DNA from: Octopus sinensis | Lineage: Eukaryota | Assembly: GCF_006345805.1 (NCBI RefSeq) | Contig: NC_043021.1 | Location: forward strand, 20,832,001-20,896,000 | Length of the DNA: 64,000 nt | Direction of reading: 5' to 3' | Shown: positions 36,288-50,311 of the stretch, in pieces | Layout of the letters: each line of letters opens with the position of its first letter | Position numbering within the stretch: the first letter of the stretch is position 1 | The notes under the pieces: generated by a model | Seen by the model: the letters and a program-made list of their open reading frames with translations, nothing else | Told to the model about the DNA's origin: nothing | Database searches by the model: none | Program-made: the position numbers and the translations under genes

Positions 36288-36686
36288 TATAGGGGCGTCA
36301 TGCAGGCATAGCGTGGATTCGATCCTCGATAATGAATGAACTCCCGTTGAAAACGATATGTGGGCACTTAGCTTTTGCCGAACGACCAACACAAATGATT
36401 TGTTTATAGTGATCAAATGTTTGTCAGAGGTCTAGCAAACCTCGATGTGTTTTACAGTCCTTGCTCTTTCAGAGTAAAAGGTGCGTGGCCAAGCGGTCAA
36501 GGTATTGCATTCACGAACAGAAGATCGTGGTTTCGATTCAGAAGGAATGTTTTGATTTCGGTCACTAATACGCTAGAGAAATCGGGTAACCAGCGCTATG
36601 AGTGCCAGGTCTGGGGACAGACCTTACCTTTTTTCTGTTCCATACATATTTGTGTGTGTGTGTGTGTGTGGTGTGTGTGTGTGTAT

Positions 36687-36738
<52 letters not shown>

Positions 36739-37219
36739 TGTGTGTGCGTGTGTGTGTTCACCTTACCTGACTCTCTCTTTACTCTTTTACTTGTTTCAGT
36801 CATTTGACTGTGGCCATGGTGGAATACCGCCTTCTAATCGACAACTCGACCCCAAGACTTATTCTCCGTAAGCCCAGTGCTTATTCTATCAGTCTCTTTT
36901 GCCGAACCGCTAAGTAACGGGGACGTAAACACACCAGCATCGGTTGTCAAGCAATGCTAGGGGACAAACACAGACACACAGACACACCAACACACACACA
37001 CGCATATGTACATTTTCAAATTTAAATAAAATAAATGAAAACTTTATCCGCATATAGGCGCAGGAGTGGCTGTGTGGTAAGTAGCTTGCTTACCAACCAC
37101 ATGGTTCCGGGTTCAGTCCCACTGCATGGCACCTTTGACAAGTGTCTTTTACTATAAGCCTCGGGTCGACCAAAGCCTTGTGAGTGGATTTGGTAGACGG
37201 AAACTGAAAGAAGCCCGTC

Positions 37220-37291
<72 letters not shown>

Positions 37292-39148
37292 TTGTGTGTC
37301 TGTGTTTGCCCCCCCCCCCCGCCGCACATCGCTTGACAACCGATGGTGGTGTGTTTACGTCCCTGTAACTTAGCGGTTCGGCAAAAGAGACCGATAGAAT
37401 AAGTACTAGGCTTACAAAGAATAAGTTCTGTGGTCGATTTGCTCGACTAAAAGGTGGTGCTCAGCATGGCCACAGTCAACTGACTGAAACAAGTAAAAGA
37501 GTATATAAGCTTTTGTGTTTGTCATCCACCACCACTACCACCACCACCGCTTGACAACCAGTGTTGGTTTGTTTACATCCCATGACTTAGCAGTTCAGCG
37601 AAAAAGCGAAACCGATAGAATAAATAATAGAAGCGATTCACGGCAGTGCCCCAGCATGGCCGCCATAAGAAAACTGAAATGAGTAAAATGTTAAAAAAAT
37701 CTGTTTTTCTTTTTCATTCATTTCCTTTGTTTGAAATGTGCATATTTGCACAATTAAGTGTATCCCACAGTTTTGGTGGGGGTGGGCACATTTGTGTTGC
37801 TATGACTTGAAATGCAGTTGATAATAAAAGGAAATACTTGATAAAAATAAAAACCGTGACTATTGAAGAAAATATTTTCGACTCTTAGCTCCGTCGATGT
37901 AAGGGACGAAACTCTTGCATTCTTAGAGGTCAAATACTCTCCTCTCTTTTACGTGTTCCAGTCATTTGACTGCGGCCATGCTGGAGCACCGCCTTTAGTC
38001 GAGCAACTCGACCCCGGGACTTATTCTTTTTGTAAGCCCAGTACTTATTCTATCGGTCTTTTTGGCCGAACCGCTAAGTAACGGGGATGTAAACACACCA
38101 GCATCGGTTGTCAAGCAATGCTAGGGGGACAAACACACACATATATATTCATACATATATACGACAGGCTTCTTTCAGTTTCCGTTTACCAAATCCACTC
38201 ACTAGGCTTTGGTCGGCCCAGGGCTATAGCAGAAGACACTTGCCCAAGATTCCACGCAGTGGGACTGAACCCGGAACCATGTGGTTGGTTAGCAAGCTAC
38301 TTACCACACAGCCACTCCTGTGCCTAACAAAATTTAAAATTTATTTAAAATTTAATGCTTTCTAATTATAGCACAAGGCCATCTATTATAGGAGTCGGTA
38401 TAGAGGATAAATCAATTACATCGGTTCTAGTGCTCAACTTATATTTATTTTAGTGACTCCAAAAAGTTGTCCTGAAACTCGGAACATAGCGCCACCCGTG
38501 AAACTTTTACGATAACATCATAAAAATTTTATTTAAAAAAATTTAAACCGAGATCCCTGTCTTAATCTACTCTTATATGGGATGGAAGCACTTCGTCGGT
38601 TACGACGACGAGGGTTCCGGTTGATCCGAATCAACGGAACAGCCTGCTCATGAAATTAACGTGTAAGTGGCTGAGCACTCCACAGACACGTGTACCCTTA
38701 ATGTAGTTCTCGGGGATATTCAGCGTGACACAGAGAGTGACAAGGCCGGCCCTTTGAAATACAGGTACAACAGTAACAGGAAGTAAGAGTGAGAGAAAGT
38801 TGTGGTGAAAGAGTACAGCAGGGATCACCACCATCCCCTGCCGGAGCCTCGTGGAGCTTTAGGTGTTTTCGCTCAATAAACACTCACAACGCCCGGTCTG
38901 GGAATCGAAACCGCGATCCTATGACCGCGAGTCCGCTGCCCTAACCACTGGGCCATTGCGCCTCCACACTCTTATATATACACTAATTTATTCAAATGTA
39001 AGTTCAATAAAATTTGCACGACACTTCAGAGACCTTTTCCATTCTACCCAGAGACGGAGGATTCTCCTGTTATCTTTGACGAAACCGTGGGGAAGGTAGC
39101 TGTTCCAGGAGATAAAAAAACTCTGATATAAATCCTGCAGTCAAAATA

Positions 39149-39714
39149 TTGGGTTGTCCAGAAAGTTCGTGTCGATTTATAGTAGCTTACCTTTCGACTT
39201 ATTTTAGAACATGGTTGAGTCCATAAAATGGGATTTGACTACACCTCCATTTAGAGCACAGTTTAAGCTATTTTTTCGCGGAAGAAGGTTTATGTTCCTA
39301 TAACCTGTGTTAATTCTGTAGCCCTTTAAAATGGAAGATAAGAAAGTTCATTTTCGGCACTTGATACTTTGACATCCAGACAAAAATTGCTGCAGCTTGG
39401 CTGGGATGTGTTACCCCACCCTCCATATTCACCATATATTGCTCCTTCAGATTTCCACTTATTCAGGTCTCTGCAGAATAGTCTTAATGGTAAAAATTTC
39501 AATTCCTTGGATGACGTAAAAAGATACCTTGATGAATTCTTTGCCATGAAACCCCCTCAATTCTGGGAAGAGGGTATTTTCAAGATAAAGCAAAGATGGA
39601 GACGCATTGTGCAAGAAAATGGTTCATATTTGGTTGATTAAAAATGTAATGGCAAGTATTTATTGATCTTTTTCTTTCCTTTAAAAATTGGCACGAACTT
39701 TCCGGACAACTCAA
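39149..39714 (+). mobile_element. Internally deleted mariner (566 bp)
   Basis: ~30-bp TIRs flanked by TA; MEDKKVHFRHL start fused to QKLLQLGWDVLPHPPYSPYIAPSDFHLFRSL C-terminus. Confidence 0.92.
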
Positions 39715-40066
39715 TAATACCGGTCATCTTGCAACTTTCGTTACTGGAACCCACTGCGGCAACCAAAAGAGTGGCAAAAGTGTTGAGCAAGCTTTCATCG
39801 TTTAAGTCCAGCAACGTACAGGTGTCTCACTAATTCATTTAATGTGAAACGCAATCATTCTGTACTCTTTTACTTGTTTCAGTCATTTGACTGTGGCCAT
39901 GCTGGAGCACCGCCTTTAGTCGAGCAAATCGACCCCGGGACTTATTCTTTTTGTAAGCCCAATACTTATTCTATCGGTCTCTTTTGCCGAACCGCTAAGT
40001 TACGGAGACGTAAACACACCAGTATTGGTTGTCAAGCGATGGTGGGGCGACGAACACAGACATACC

Positions 40067-40111
<45 letters not shown>

Positions 40112-40267
40112 GTATAAAAATTATATATAAAGAAATAAGAACGTGAAATACACAAAGGGACGAACACAGAAAACAGACGGGTCATTCGAATCCTTTAATC
40201 TTCAGTCAGAAACCGGATCATCATAGCAAATTTCGGCTGATTAATTATATACATATACATATACACA

Positions 40268-40299
<32 letters not shown>

Positions 40300-40302
<3 letters not shown>

Positions 40303-40530
40303 TATATAAAATCCGTTCTGTCTGTCTGTATGTGTGTGTCTTCTAGGATCTCGGGCATCCTCCATCCGATTGCGCTCAAATTTGATATGTAGATACCGAT
40401 GGTATCAGGGCATGTATAAGTCTTGAAAAAATTACAAAAATCGATTCCAGGTGAGAATGCGATCGATAAAGCCGTGGGAACGTGCATTTGTACTGGCAAG
40501 TACATCGGCTGTTGCGATGTACTTACTGGT
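40300..40530 (+). mobile_element. Probable degenerate Helitron
   Basis: TCTTATATAAAA start and terminal hairpin AAGTACATCG/CGATGTACTT followed by CTGGT. Confidence 0.5.
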
Positions 40531-41606
40531 AATTTAAACTCTTCGGTTGCATATTTGTGTGAATAAAATCGTTTTTCTTTGGAATAGAAAAAAAGTCTAT
40601 CTTTATTTCTTCTTTTGCTGGTGTCTCAAATTTAGGTTAAATCAGTGTTTCTCAAAGGGGAGGCCTATGGGACGGTCGGACAAGTTGTTTTGTGAAAATT
40701 TGGTTTAAATGTTTGACAACTCGGCACCGTCCATTTGATGGGGTGTGTTTTGCTTGTGTATGTATACACACACACACACACACACACATATGTATATACA
40801 ACGAGCTTCTTTCAGTTTCCGTCTACCGAATCCATTCACAAGGCCTTGGTCGGCCTGTAGCTATATTAGAAGACATCTACCCAAGTTGCCACGCAATGGG
40901 ACTGAACCCGGAACCATGTGACAAACTACTTACCACACAGTCACTCCTGCTCATATATATATATAATCAAAATAAGCAACAAGAATGACTCCGGTAATTT
41001 GGTACGATCGTTTCGTACTACATCATTTTATTAATCTAAATTTTTGCTGAATGTGTATATATATACATATATACACATCATTAAAGGCGTGATTCTGTAA
41101 TGATATTTGGACAATAACTGATGAGGAATGAGCGCGTTCATGTTTTGTGTGTGAATTTTCCCTTCGTTCTTTTGTCGTGTTCCTGTTTAATTTCGAAACC
41201 CACACACACACACTCAAGAATAGGAGCACTCCGTCGGTTGCGACGACGAGGGTCTCAGCTGATACGATTAACGGAACAGCCTGCTCGTGAAATTAACGTG
41301 TAAGTGGCTGAGCACTCCACAGACACGTGTACCCATAACGTAGTTCTCAGGGAGATTCAGCGTGACACAGAGTGCGACAAGGCCGGCCCTTTGAAATACA
41401 GGTACAACTCATTTTTGCCAGCTGAGTGGACTGGAGCAACGTGAAATAAAGTGTCTTGCTCAAGAACACAACGCGTCGCCGGGAATTGAGCTCACGACAT
41501 TACAATCGTGAGCTGAGTGCCCTAACCACTAAGCTACGCGCCTTCACACACACACACACACACATTAGTGGAACAGTCTGCTCGTAATCAAGTTAGTATG
41601 TTAAGT

Positions 41607-41995
41607 AGGGAGGCGCAATGGCCCAGTGGTTAGGGCAGCGAACTCGCGTTAATAGGATCGCGGTTTCGATTCCCAGACCGGGCGTTGTGAGTGTTTATTA
41701 AGCGAAAACACCTAAAAGCTCCACGAGGCTCCGGCAGGGGATGGTGGTGATCCCTGCTGTACTCTTTCACCACAACTTTCTCTCACTCTTACTTCCTGTT
41801 TCTGTTGTACCTGTATTTCAAGGGGCCGGCCTTGTCACTCTCTGTGTCACGCTGAATATCCCCGAGAACTACGTTAAGGGTACGCGTGTCTGTGGAGTGC
41901 TCAGCCATTTACACGTTAATTTCACGAGCAGGCTGTTCCGTTGATTCGGATCAACCGGAACCCTCATCGTCGTAACCGACGGAGTGCTTCCATCC
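41607..41995 (+). mobile_element. tRNA-headed SINE family D
   Basis: A/B-box-like head; tail ...GTCGTCGTAACCGACGGAGTGCT. Related copies: 2228-2535(+), 4258-4560(+), 8606-8860(-, 14-bp TSD AGATGTAATAGTTA), 19540-19850(-), 38585-38967(-), 41225-41545(-), 53013-53382(-), 56555-56800(-). Confidence 0.85.
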
Positions 41996-42284
41996 ATGTT
42001 AAGTAGCTGGGTATTCTATAAACGCATGCACTTTTAAACATAAATTCCCTGGAAGAATCAGAGTGGTATTAGCCTGCCAGAAGGCTGTTTCTTTGAATTA
42101 CAAGCATAATGTATCTGACAGGCTTCTAAACTGATCAGCCCAGAGTCAATCCAATTTTACTCGTAAAGGCTTCTTGTATCATCAATCCGAGAGGCTGGTG
42201 ATTTGGCAAGATAACTAACGCCTTGGCCATTCAGCCGTATAAACACACACATACACACCAATTGCAATGTTCTTGCGTCATACA

Positions 42285-42535
42285 TCATCATCATGGCCAT
42301 CACCATTATCACCACCACCACCAGCACCATTAGCACCATCCCCATCACCGTATCACCATCATCATTCTCATCATCATCTCGTCGTCGTCCTGCTCCTCCT
42401 CTTCATCCTCCTCCTCCTCATCATCATCATCATCATCGTCACCATCACAACCACATTCTTCTTCATCATCATCACCACCACCACCACCACATTCTTCTTC
42501 TTCTTCGTCGTCGTCGTCGTCATCATCATCATCAT
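42285..42535. repeat. Compound trinucleotide microsatellite (CAT/CAC/CGT/CTT)
   Basis: Directly visible. Confidence 0.95.
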
Positions 42536-42954
42536 GCAAGCAGGGTTGGACGGTGTATATTGGAGGCAGGTTTTTCTCCGACCGGATGCTCTTTTTATCG
42601 CTAACCCTTACCTATTTCCCAGGTAAAGAGGTAATATTTTCTCCACGGCCAGACATATTTTTCGCAGAAGACTGGAAACGAATGACGCTGCTTGTATGAC
42701 AATGATACTCAAATCCACACGATCCTTGACCATGGGGTAGAAGATACTCGTCCCATGATGCTATATGCCGTGAGATTGAACCTAGGATCTCAAGATTGTG
42801 AATAGGACTCCTGAGCCATTCTGCCTTGCCTGCGCCCGTTGGACCAGGACACAACCGATTATATCAACCCCAGTATTCTACTGGTACAAATTTTAGTTCC
42901 ACAAAAAGGCAAAACCACTTCTGACAGGACTTGAACTCAGAAGAATGAAAGAAA

Positions 42955-43743
42955 AGTAGTGGTGGTGGTGGTGGTGGTGGTGGTGGTTGTGGTAGTGGTA
43001 GTAATAGCAGTGGTGGTGGTGATGGTGGTAGTGGTGGTGATGGTAGTGGTGGTGGTGGTAGTGGTAGTAATAGCAGTGGTGGTGGTGATGGTGGTAGTGT
43101 GGTGGTAGTAGTGGTGGTGTGGTGGTAGTGGTAGTAGTAATAGTAGTGGTGTGGTGGTAGTGGTTGTGGTTGTGGTGGTAGTAATAGCAGTGGTGGTGGT
43201 GATGGTGGTAGTGGTGGTGATGGTAGTGGTGGTGGTGGTAGTGGTGGTAGTAATAGTAGTGGTGGTGGTGGTGGTGGTGGTAGTGGTGGTAGTAGTAGTG
43301 GTGGTGGTGGTAGTGGTAGTAGTAATAGTAGTGGTGGTGGTGGTGGTAGTGGTTGTGGTTGTGGTGGTAGTAATAGTAGTGGTGGTGGTGATGGTGGTAG
43401 TGGTGGTGATGGTAGTGGTGGTGGTAGTAATAGTAGCGGTGGTGGTAGTAGTAGTGGTGGTGGTGGTAGTGGTAGTAGTAGTGGTGGTGGTGGTGGTAGT
43501 AGTAGTAGTGGTGGTGGTGATGGTGGTAGTGGTGGAGGTGGTGGTAGTAATAGTAGTGGTGGTGATGGTGGAGGTGGTAGTAGTAGTAGTAATAGTAGTG
43601 GTGGTGGTGATGGTGGTAGTGGTGGTAGTAGTAGTAGTAGTGGTGGTGGTGGTGGTAGTAATAGTAGTGGTGATGGTGGAAGTGGTGGTGGTAGTGGTAG
43701 TAGTGGTGGTGGTGGTAGTAGTAGTGGTGATGGTGTTGATGGC

Positions 43744-43778
<35 letters not shown>

Positions 43779-43805
43779 CAGTAGTGGCGGTGGTAGTAGT
43801 AGTAG
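42955..43805. repeat. ~850-bp mixed (GGT)/(AGT)/(GAT) trinucleotide array
   Basis: Directly visible; source of the poly-His/Tyr, poly-Val and Pro/Leu ORFs. Confidence 0.97.
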
Positions 43806-46157
43806 TTCAAAACTTTGGCACAAGGCCTGCCATTTTAGGAGGCGGAGGCGAGCGGTTTAGCCGATTACATCGACCCCCCGCTCCCACCCTACCCCCACAT
43901 CCCCACCCAGTACTTGACTCGAACTTTACTTTATCAACCCCGAAAGGACGAAAACCAAAGATCACCTGACTTGACAGGAGTTTTTGAACTCAGAAAGTAA
44001 AAAAAAAACATTGGAAGGAATGCCGTTACGCAATTTTTGTCCGACGCGCAAACGATTCTGTTCTCTCGTCGCCCTTTTATATATAACGGTTTCGAATTCT
44101 GACATAGGGGTTAGCAAAATTCCGGGGCAGGGTTTAAGTTGATTACATCGACTTCAGTACTCGGCTGGTTCTTATTTTACTCGACCCATGAAAGGCAGAG
44201 AGTCAACGTAGTTCGAACTCAGAACGTAAGGACGGACAAGATGCCGCTAAGCATTTTGCGAGCGCGCTGATCGATTCTTGCCAGCTCGCAGCATCCGACG
44301 CTCTGATGATAATAATAACTCTTTCTACTATTGGCACAAGGCCTGAAATTCTGGTGGTAGGAAGCAAGTCGGTTATACCGAAACCAGTGTTCAGTTCAGC
44401 TGGTACATATTTCATCGACCTCGAAAGGATAAAAGATTTAAAAGTCGACATCGGCAGTATTTGAACTCAGAACATAAAAGATTGATGAAATACCTCTGTT
44501 TTTGTCCGACGCATTAACGATTCTACCAGCCCGTTGCTTTTATCTCTGCTATAGGCAAAAAAAAAAAACCCCTGAAACTTTAGGGGGGGAGAAGAACAGT
44601 CGATTACATCGATCCGACCCCTACCTCCCAGTGCTAAGCTGGTATTTATTTTATCGACTCCAGAAAGGGTGAAAAGCCAATGTTGACATCGATGGGATTT
44701 GAACACGAAACGTAAATAGCGGTAACAAAAAGCGCGAGGTATTTTGTTCGACGCTCTGATAACAACAATAAAAAAAATACTGCAGTATCTAAAAGGTTAC
44801 TGTTTATGGTTCAGAATATAAGCTCTTTAAACGATCTGCCATCGATTCTGCCAATATCTTTTTTGCATGTGAAGTTCCTTCTTTCGTATACTAAACTACT
44901 GCTTAGAATGTGTGGCTGTATGGCGACAAGAGCCAGCCTTGGACAGTAAGCAATATACACACACACACTCATGTACACACATACATAGATACATACAGCT
45001 GTAGATCTATGTATATACATATTCATACATACATATATTTATTATATTGAGTTGTGTACAGTGTCGGTGTGACAATCGTGGTATTTGGCCAGCAGGATTT
45101 AAGAGGCTTCTTCGTTGCTCTCTGCGTGTTTATATGTATATATATAAAGAGAGAGAGAGAGGAAGAACGGGAAAGATTTATACATAAACAGTTGCATTTA
45201 TTATATATGTATATATATCTTTATACATACATACATAGAACGTCGCCTACCAACAAAGATGCCGTCGAGAGCTGAGGATATTATGCGTGGATTTAAACTG
45301 TATCCTTTTTTTTAATTTGTTGTACGCATGAACTGTTAACACACACACACACATATACGCATATGTACACACACACACACTCACACACATATACACATAT
45401 GTACATACACACACACTCACACACATACACATATGTACATATACATCCATACGCGCGCGCGCACACACACACATATATATATATATATGCGCATATTTAC
45501 ATACACGCACAGAAAAATACGTTATGTATGTATGTATTGTGTATGTATGTATGTATATATATATATGTATGTATGTATTATGTATGTATTATGTATGTGT
45601 GTATGATGTATGTATGATGTATGTATGATGTATGTATTATGTATGTATGTATGTATGTATTATGTATGTATGTATGTATGATGTATGTATTATGTATGTA
45701 TGTATGTATGTATGTATTATGTATGTATGTATACATACATGTATGTATGATGAATGTATGTATGATGAATGTATGTATTATGTATAACTCCCAAACAAAA
45801 AAAAACCAAGAACACACACACACAAAACACAACGCGAGGACGTGGTACATATGTAATATATACACATTTGCATAGATATGAGTGCATATTTCCTGCCTAT
45901 ACACAAACATGCATAAATGAACATATAATAAACACATACACCATCGCATATTTTAATTACACATATGCATACACATACATACGTGTGTGCATATGCGTTC
46001 ATGTGTGTATGCATGTATGTGTGTGTGTGCGTAATCATATAAACACATATATAGAATATTTGTGTACATATATTAATCGCATAGACACACACAATCACAC
46101 ACGCTCGCGCGCACACGCAGTCGACTGCGCGCGCGTAACCCTTCACGTTTGTGCTAT

Positions 46158-46189
<32 letters not shown>

Positions 46190-46759
46190 TCTTTTCTTAT
46201 TGTTTTCGTTTCTTTTTTCAGTACCTTTTGATATTTACTAACCATACTGTGTGTGTGTAATTACACACGCACACATATATGTACACGTTCGTTCATTCAT
46301 TCATTACCCATTCATAGATAAGATTTGTTGTTTAATCCCTTAGCTCGTTAACATTTCGTCTTTCTTTTTGTTTTTTCGGTATGTGTAGTACCTATTTCTT
46401 TACTACCCACAAGGGGCTAAAAACACAGAGGGGGACAAACAAGGACAGACAGACAAACGGATTAAGTCGATTACATCGACCCCCCCCCCAGTGCGTAACT
46501 GGTACTTATTTAATCGACCCCGAAAGGATGAAAGGCAAAACCGCACAACCATATATTCCTATGTAGCTTCTCCTTGTTTATCGTTGGGTATCGTTTTTGA
46601 GGGAGATTTGACTACTATTCCTAAGAAACCAAATCAAATGGAAATGTAGAGTCTGCTACAGTTCCTTAAACGTCTTCATATAATGAGAAACTGCATAAGA
46701 AATACACCCACAGACGAACTCGAATATACCCGAATACAAACATACATTACACACGCACA

Positions 46760-46834
46760 CACATGCACATATGTATGTATTATGTATGTATGTATATATA
46801 TATATATGTATGTATGTATTATGTATGTATGTAT

Positions 46835-46888
<54 letters not shown>

Positions 46889-46889
46889 G

Positions 46890-46922
<33 letters not shown>

Positions 46923-47039
46923 GTATTTATGTATATATATGTATGTATGTACATATGTATGTATATATATGTATGTATGTATATATATGTATGTATATAT
47001 GTATGTATATTATATGTATGTATGTAATGTATATGTATG

Positions 47040-47106
<67 letters not shown>

Positions 47107-47161
47107 GTATGTAATATATGTATGTATGTATATATAGTATGTATGTATATATATGTATGTA

Positions 47162-47192
<31 letters not shown>

Positions 47193-47275
47193 ATATGTAT
47201 GTATATATATATGTATGATATATATATGTATGTATATAATATGTATGTATATATATATGTATGTATATATATATG

Positions 47276-47355
<80 letters not shown>

Positions 47356-47456
47356 TGTATGTATGTATGTATATATATATGTATGTATGTATATATATAT
47401 TTACATAATATCGAGGCCTCTTTCCTTCTTTTGTTGTCTTATCATTTTTATCAATA

Positions 47457-47490
<34 letters not shown>
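46760..47490. repeat. (TATG)n/(TA)n compound microsatellite
   Basis: Directly visible; similar arrays at 21160-21365, 45520-45780 and 62780-63260. Confidence 0.97.
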
Positions 47491-47491
<1 letters not shown>

Positions 47492-48220
47492 CCACATATA
47501 CGCTACACACATGCACGCATAAACACTCGTATATTTCACAAATATAAACACACCACAGACGCATACACACGTACACATATTTTCACAAATACGAACACAC
47601 ACACACACGCATACACGTATATATACCCAAACACACACACATACTTAGTGTCTCTTTTAAACATGACAATTTATATAAATGATTTAATATGTCGTTTGTT
47701 TTTTTTTGGGGGGGGGTTGGTTTTTTTTGTTGTTCGTTTGCTTTGATTCGTAAAAGTAAAACAATAATTTGAACTGTCCATAGAACGGAATGACAACGAC
47801 AAAATCGTGTGTTCGTCGTGATGACGCTGTCGACGGCGATGACGCTTGTTGGTGACGAATGATATCATAACACAGCTTCCTCTCGCAGCATCCTTAAAGC
47901 CAGCCATGCGTGTATCAGTAATAACGAGATCTATCTATCGATCAATCGATCCTTGGTTGTTCTTTAGCCCTCCCCCCCCCCAAATCGGCCCTGAATGAGC
48001 AAATACCCCTGACCAAAGAAATTCTAGCCGTATCACTCAGTTTCCCCTTTAATTTATTTTTCCCGGACCTTGTGTATCCCTGATTTCATCATACAATGTG
48101 TCAGGGTTTTTTTAATTTTATTTTGCAGACTGTTATTTCTAGCAATTTCAACGACTACGTACGTGCTACCCCCGTTGCGTATGCGGCGTAGAAATGTGTC
48201 TATGTTTATTTGTGTATACA

Positions 48221-48621
48221 TCTTTATATATAAAAGTGAGGTTGTGTGAGTGTCTGTCCCCTTCGATTTAGATTCCTAACTACTCCCACATTTTGCGGTG
48301 CAGTTTAACCAAAACCGGGTATCATATAGTCGTGATTCATATCGAGCCCTTCTGGGTATTAGCGCGCGTCTACGATGAGTCTACGATTTAAAAAAAAATT
48401 TACCATCATTTTTTTTCCATTTTAATGCATTTTTTCGTTATTATATAAGGGAAGTAACTCTCTAAAAATGTCTACGATGAGTCAACGATTAAAAAAAAAT
48501 TACCATCATTTTTTTCCCATTTTTAATGCATTTTTTTGCTATTTTTTGGCTATAACTCTCTAAAAATGCTTATATAGTTATTTCCCTTACAAACCCGAGC
48601 AACGCCGGGCGATACTGCTAG
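48221..48621 (+). mobile_element. Non-autonomous Helitron, family H1 (internal duplication)
   Basis: TC...CCCGAGCAACGCCGGGCG...CTAG; the gtctacgatgagt...ataactctctaaaaatg block occurs twice. Confidence 0.85.
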
Positions 48622-48985
48622 TTATATATAAGATTTGTTTGTGTGTGTGTGCTATTAGATAAAGGTATATTCTCAAAATGCAAATTAAAATACATCCCGA
48701 GACACCTCTTAATTTATGTAACGAAGAAAAATACTGCACAAAATTGAAAGCAGTGTTACTGCTAAGGCGATCTTTCGTTTACGATACTTCAGAATGAAGG
48801 TAAGCCATTATTAATGTAAGAAACTGCAGAAAAAAAAAAAAAAGGTTGGGGGTGACAGGCATGGCTGTGTATTTCGCTTTCTACCACGCGGTTTCAAGTT
48901 CAATCCCAATGCGCGGCACTTAGGTCAGATATTTAATCCCATACCTCCTGGCTAATTAATGTCTTGCGAGAGGATTTAGTGGATA

Positions 48986-49404
48986 GGAACTTTTCTGTTT
49001 GAACGGCAGTTTTTTTTCTAGCGGTGTCATATGAAATTGTCACCCATAATTATGACCCTAGTATCGATCTATTGCATTTCAATCTGTTTTAGGGTTAGGG
49101 ATGGGGGGAAGGGTATCTTTTTTTCTTCACAAATGTAAATAAACCCAATCTGTTTCTTAAACGAGGGACATATTCATACGGCACAGAATGTTTTTTTTTT
49201 TACCTGAATAGACGTCAGTGATTGGTTGAAATTGCAGAAATTGAAGAAAAAAAAACAACAAATATCTTACAAACTATGGAATTTTCTCAATAAAGCCAAG
49301 AGAAAAAGATGTTTTATAAACACATTCTACCAGTATACGAAGTTTAAAATTTATTAGTTAACTAGAAATTATGTTAAAAACTGCCGTTCAAACCGAAAAG
49401 ATCC
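48986..49404. mobile_element. MITE related to the GGATCTTTTC family
   Basis: TIRs GGAACTTTTCTGTTTGAACGGCAG / CTGCCGTTCAAACCGAAAAGATCC. Confidence 0.7.
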
Positions 49405-49840
49405 GATAGATACTGTATTGAAGCCTATGTGTGTATGATGTAATCTATTTTGGTCGAGTCAGTCAGTCATTTCCTATTCGCTTCCGTCTGAGCTTGCACA
49501 AGGGTCTTCAGTCATGTTGTAACATGTCTAAAGGCCATGTTTACCCGCAGACGAAACTCAGAGTAGCAGCCGACCGACTCGACTAAAACAAAACGTATCA
49601 TCAATCTCTACTGTGGTACTGAGTAGCCCCCGCATTTTTCTTTTTTCTTTTCCGACAGTCAATGTCTATCATCCCCTGACAACCAGTGCAGGGTTGTTTC
49701 GTGTCTGTAACATAGCTGTTTAGCAGAAAAGAGACCAGTGAATAAGTACTACAATTCGAACGAATAATAGGATCGTTTTAGTTGTTTGAAAAAAAAACCC
49801 CAAAAAATCCCCGAAAATAATCATAACACAAAATTAATAA

Positions 49841-50060
49841 CCCTTTCATTACTGTATTTCTGTTGAGATGCTCTGTGTTTCTTTCAATTATTTTAAATAT
49901 AACAAAGAATTTAGTAAAATAACTTAGTTATCATTAAGCTAGTGTTAGGAACGTAAATTGTGACTAAGGTTTGGTGGAAGATTTTCATTCAAAACTTATG
50001 GAAACAAGACATTTGTACTCAGAGCCAGAGGCAGTTTCAGCTGGGTTGGTATTGAAAGGG
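49841..50060. mobile_element. piggyBac-like MITE, copy 1
   Basis: CCCTTTCA...TGAAAGGG with (A/T)TAA flanks. Confidence 0.75.
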
Positions 50061-50091
50061 TTAAGAATTGTTTCTCTATTATATATTTTAA

Positions 50092-50311
50092 CCCTTTTGT
50101 TACCATATATCTGTTGAGATGCTCTGTGTTTCATTCAATTATTTTAAATATAACAAAGAATTTAGTAAAATAACTTAGTTATCATTAAGCTAGTGTTAGG
50201 AACGTAAATTGTGACTTAGGTTTGGTGGAAGATTTTAATTCAAAACTTACGAAAACAAGAGGTTTTACCACAGAACCAGAGCCGGTTTTGGCCGGGTTGG
50301 TAACAAAAGGG
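50092..50311. mobile_element. piggyBac-like MITE, copy 2
   Basis: TTAA|CCCTTTTGTTACC...GGTAACAAAAGGG; same body as copy 1. Confidence 0.75.

Noticed and set aside
39036-39100. 44-nt AG...GT-bounded segment reading TEDSPVIFDETVGK
   Set aside because: Chance-level splice signals and no context.
40964-41030. GAAA plus palindromic loop suggesting more hammerheads (also 21364-21430 and within 19127-19469)
   Set aside because: The CUGANGA half of the core is not present, so they cannot be called.
42864-43969. Three 270-320 aa ORFs (Pro/Leu, His/Tyr, poly-Val)
   Set aside because: They are translations of a GGT/AGT trinucleotide array; no splice or domain support.
45247-47746. Many Tyr/Ile/His/Met/Cys-rich ORFs, also at 21058-21417 and 62633-63823
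   Set aside because: They are (TA)n, (TG)n and (TATG)n microsatellite translations.
47671-47907. CpG-rich 78-aa ORF MAGFKDAARG...
   Set aside because: No recognisable motif, and it runs into simple sequence; could be regulatory but unsupported.
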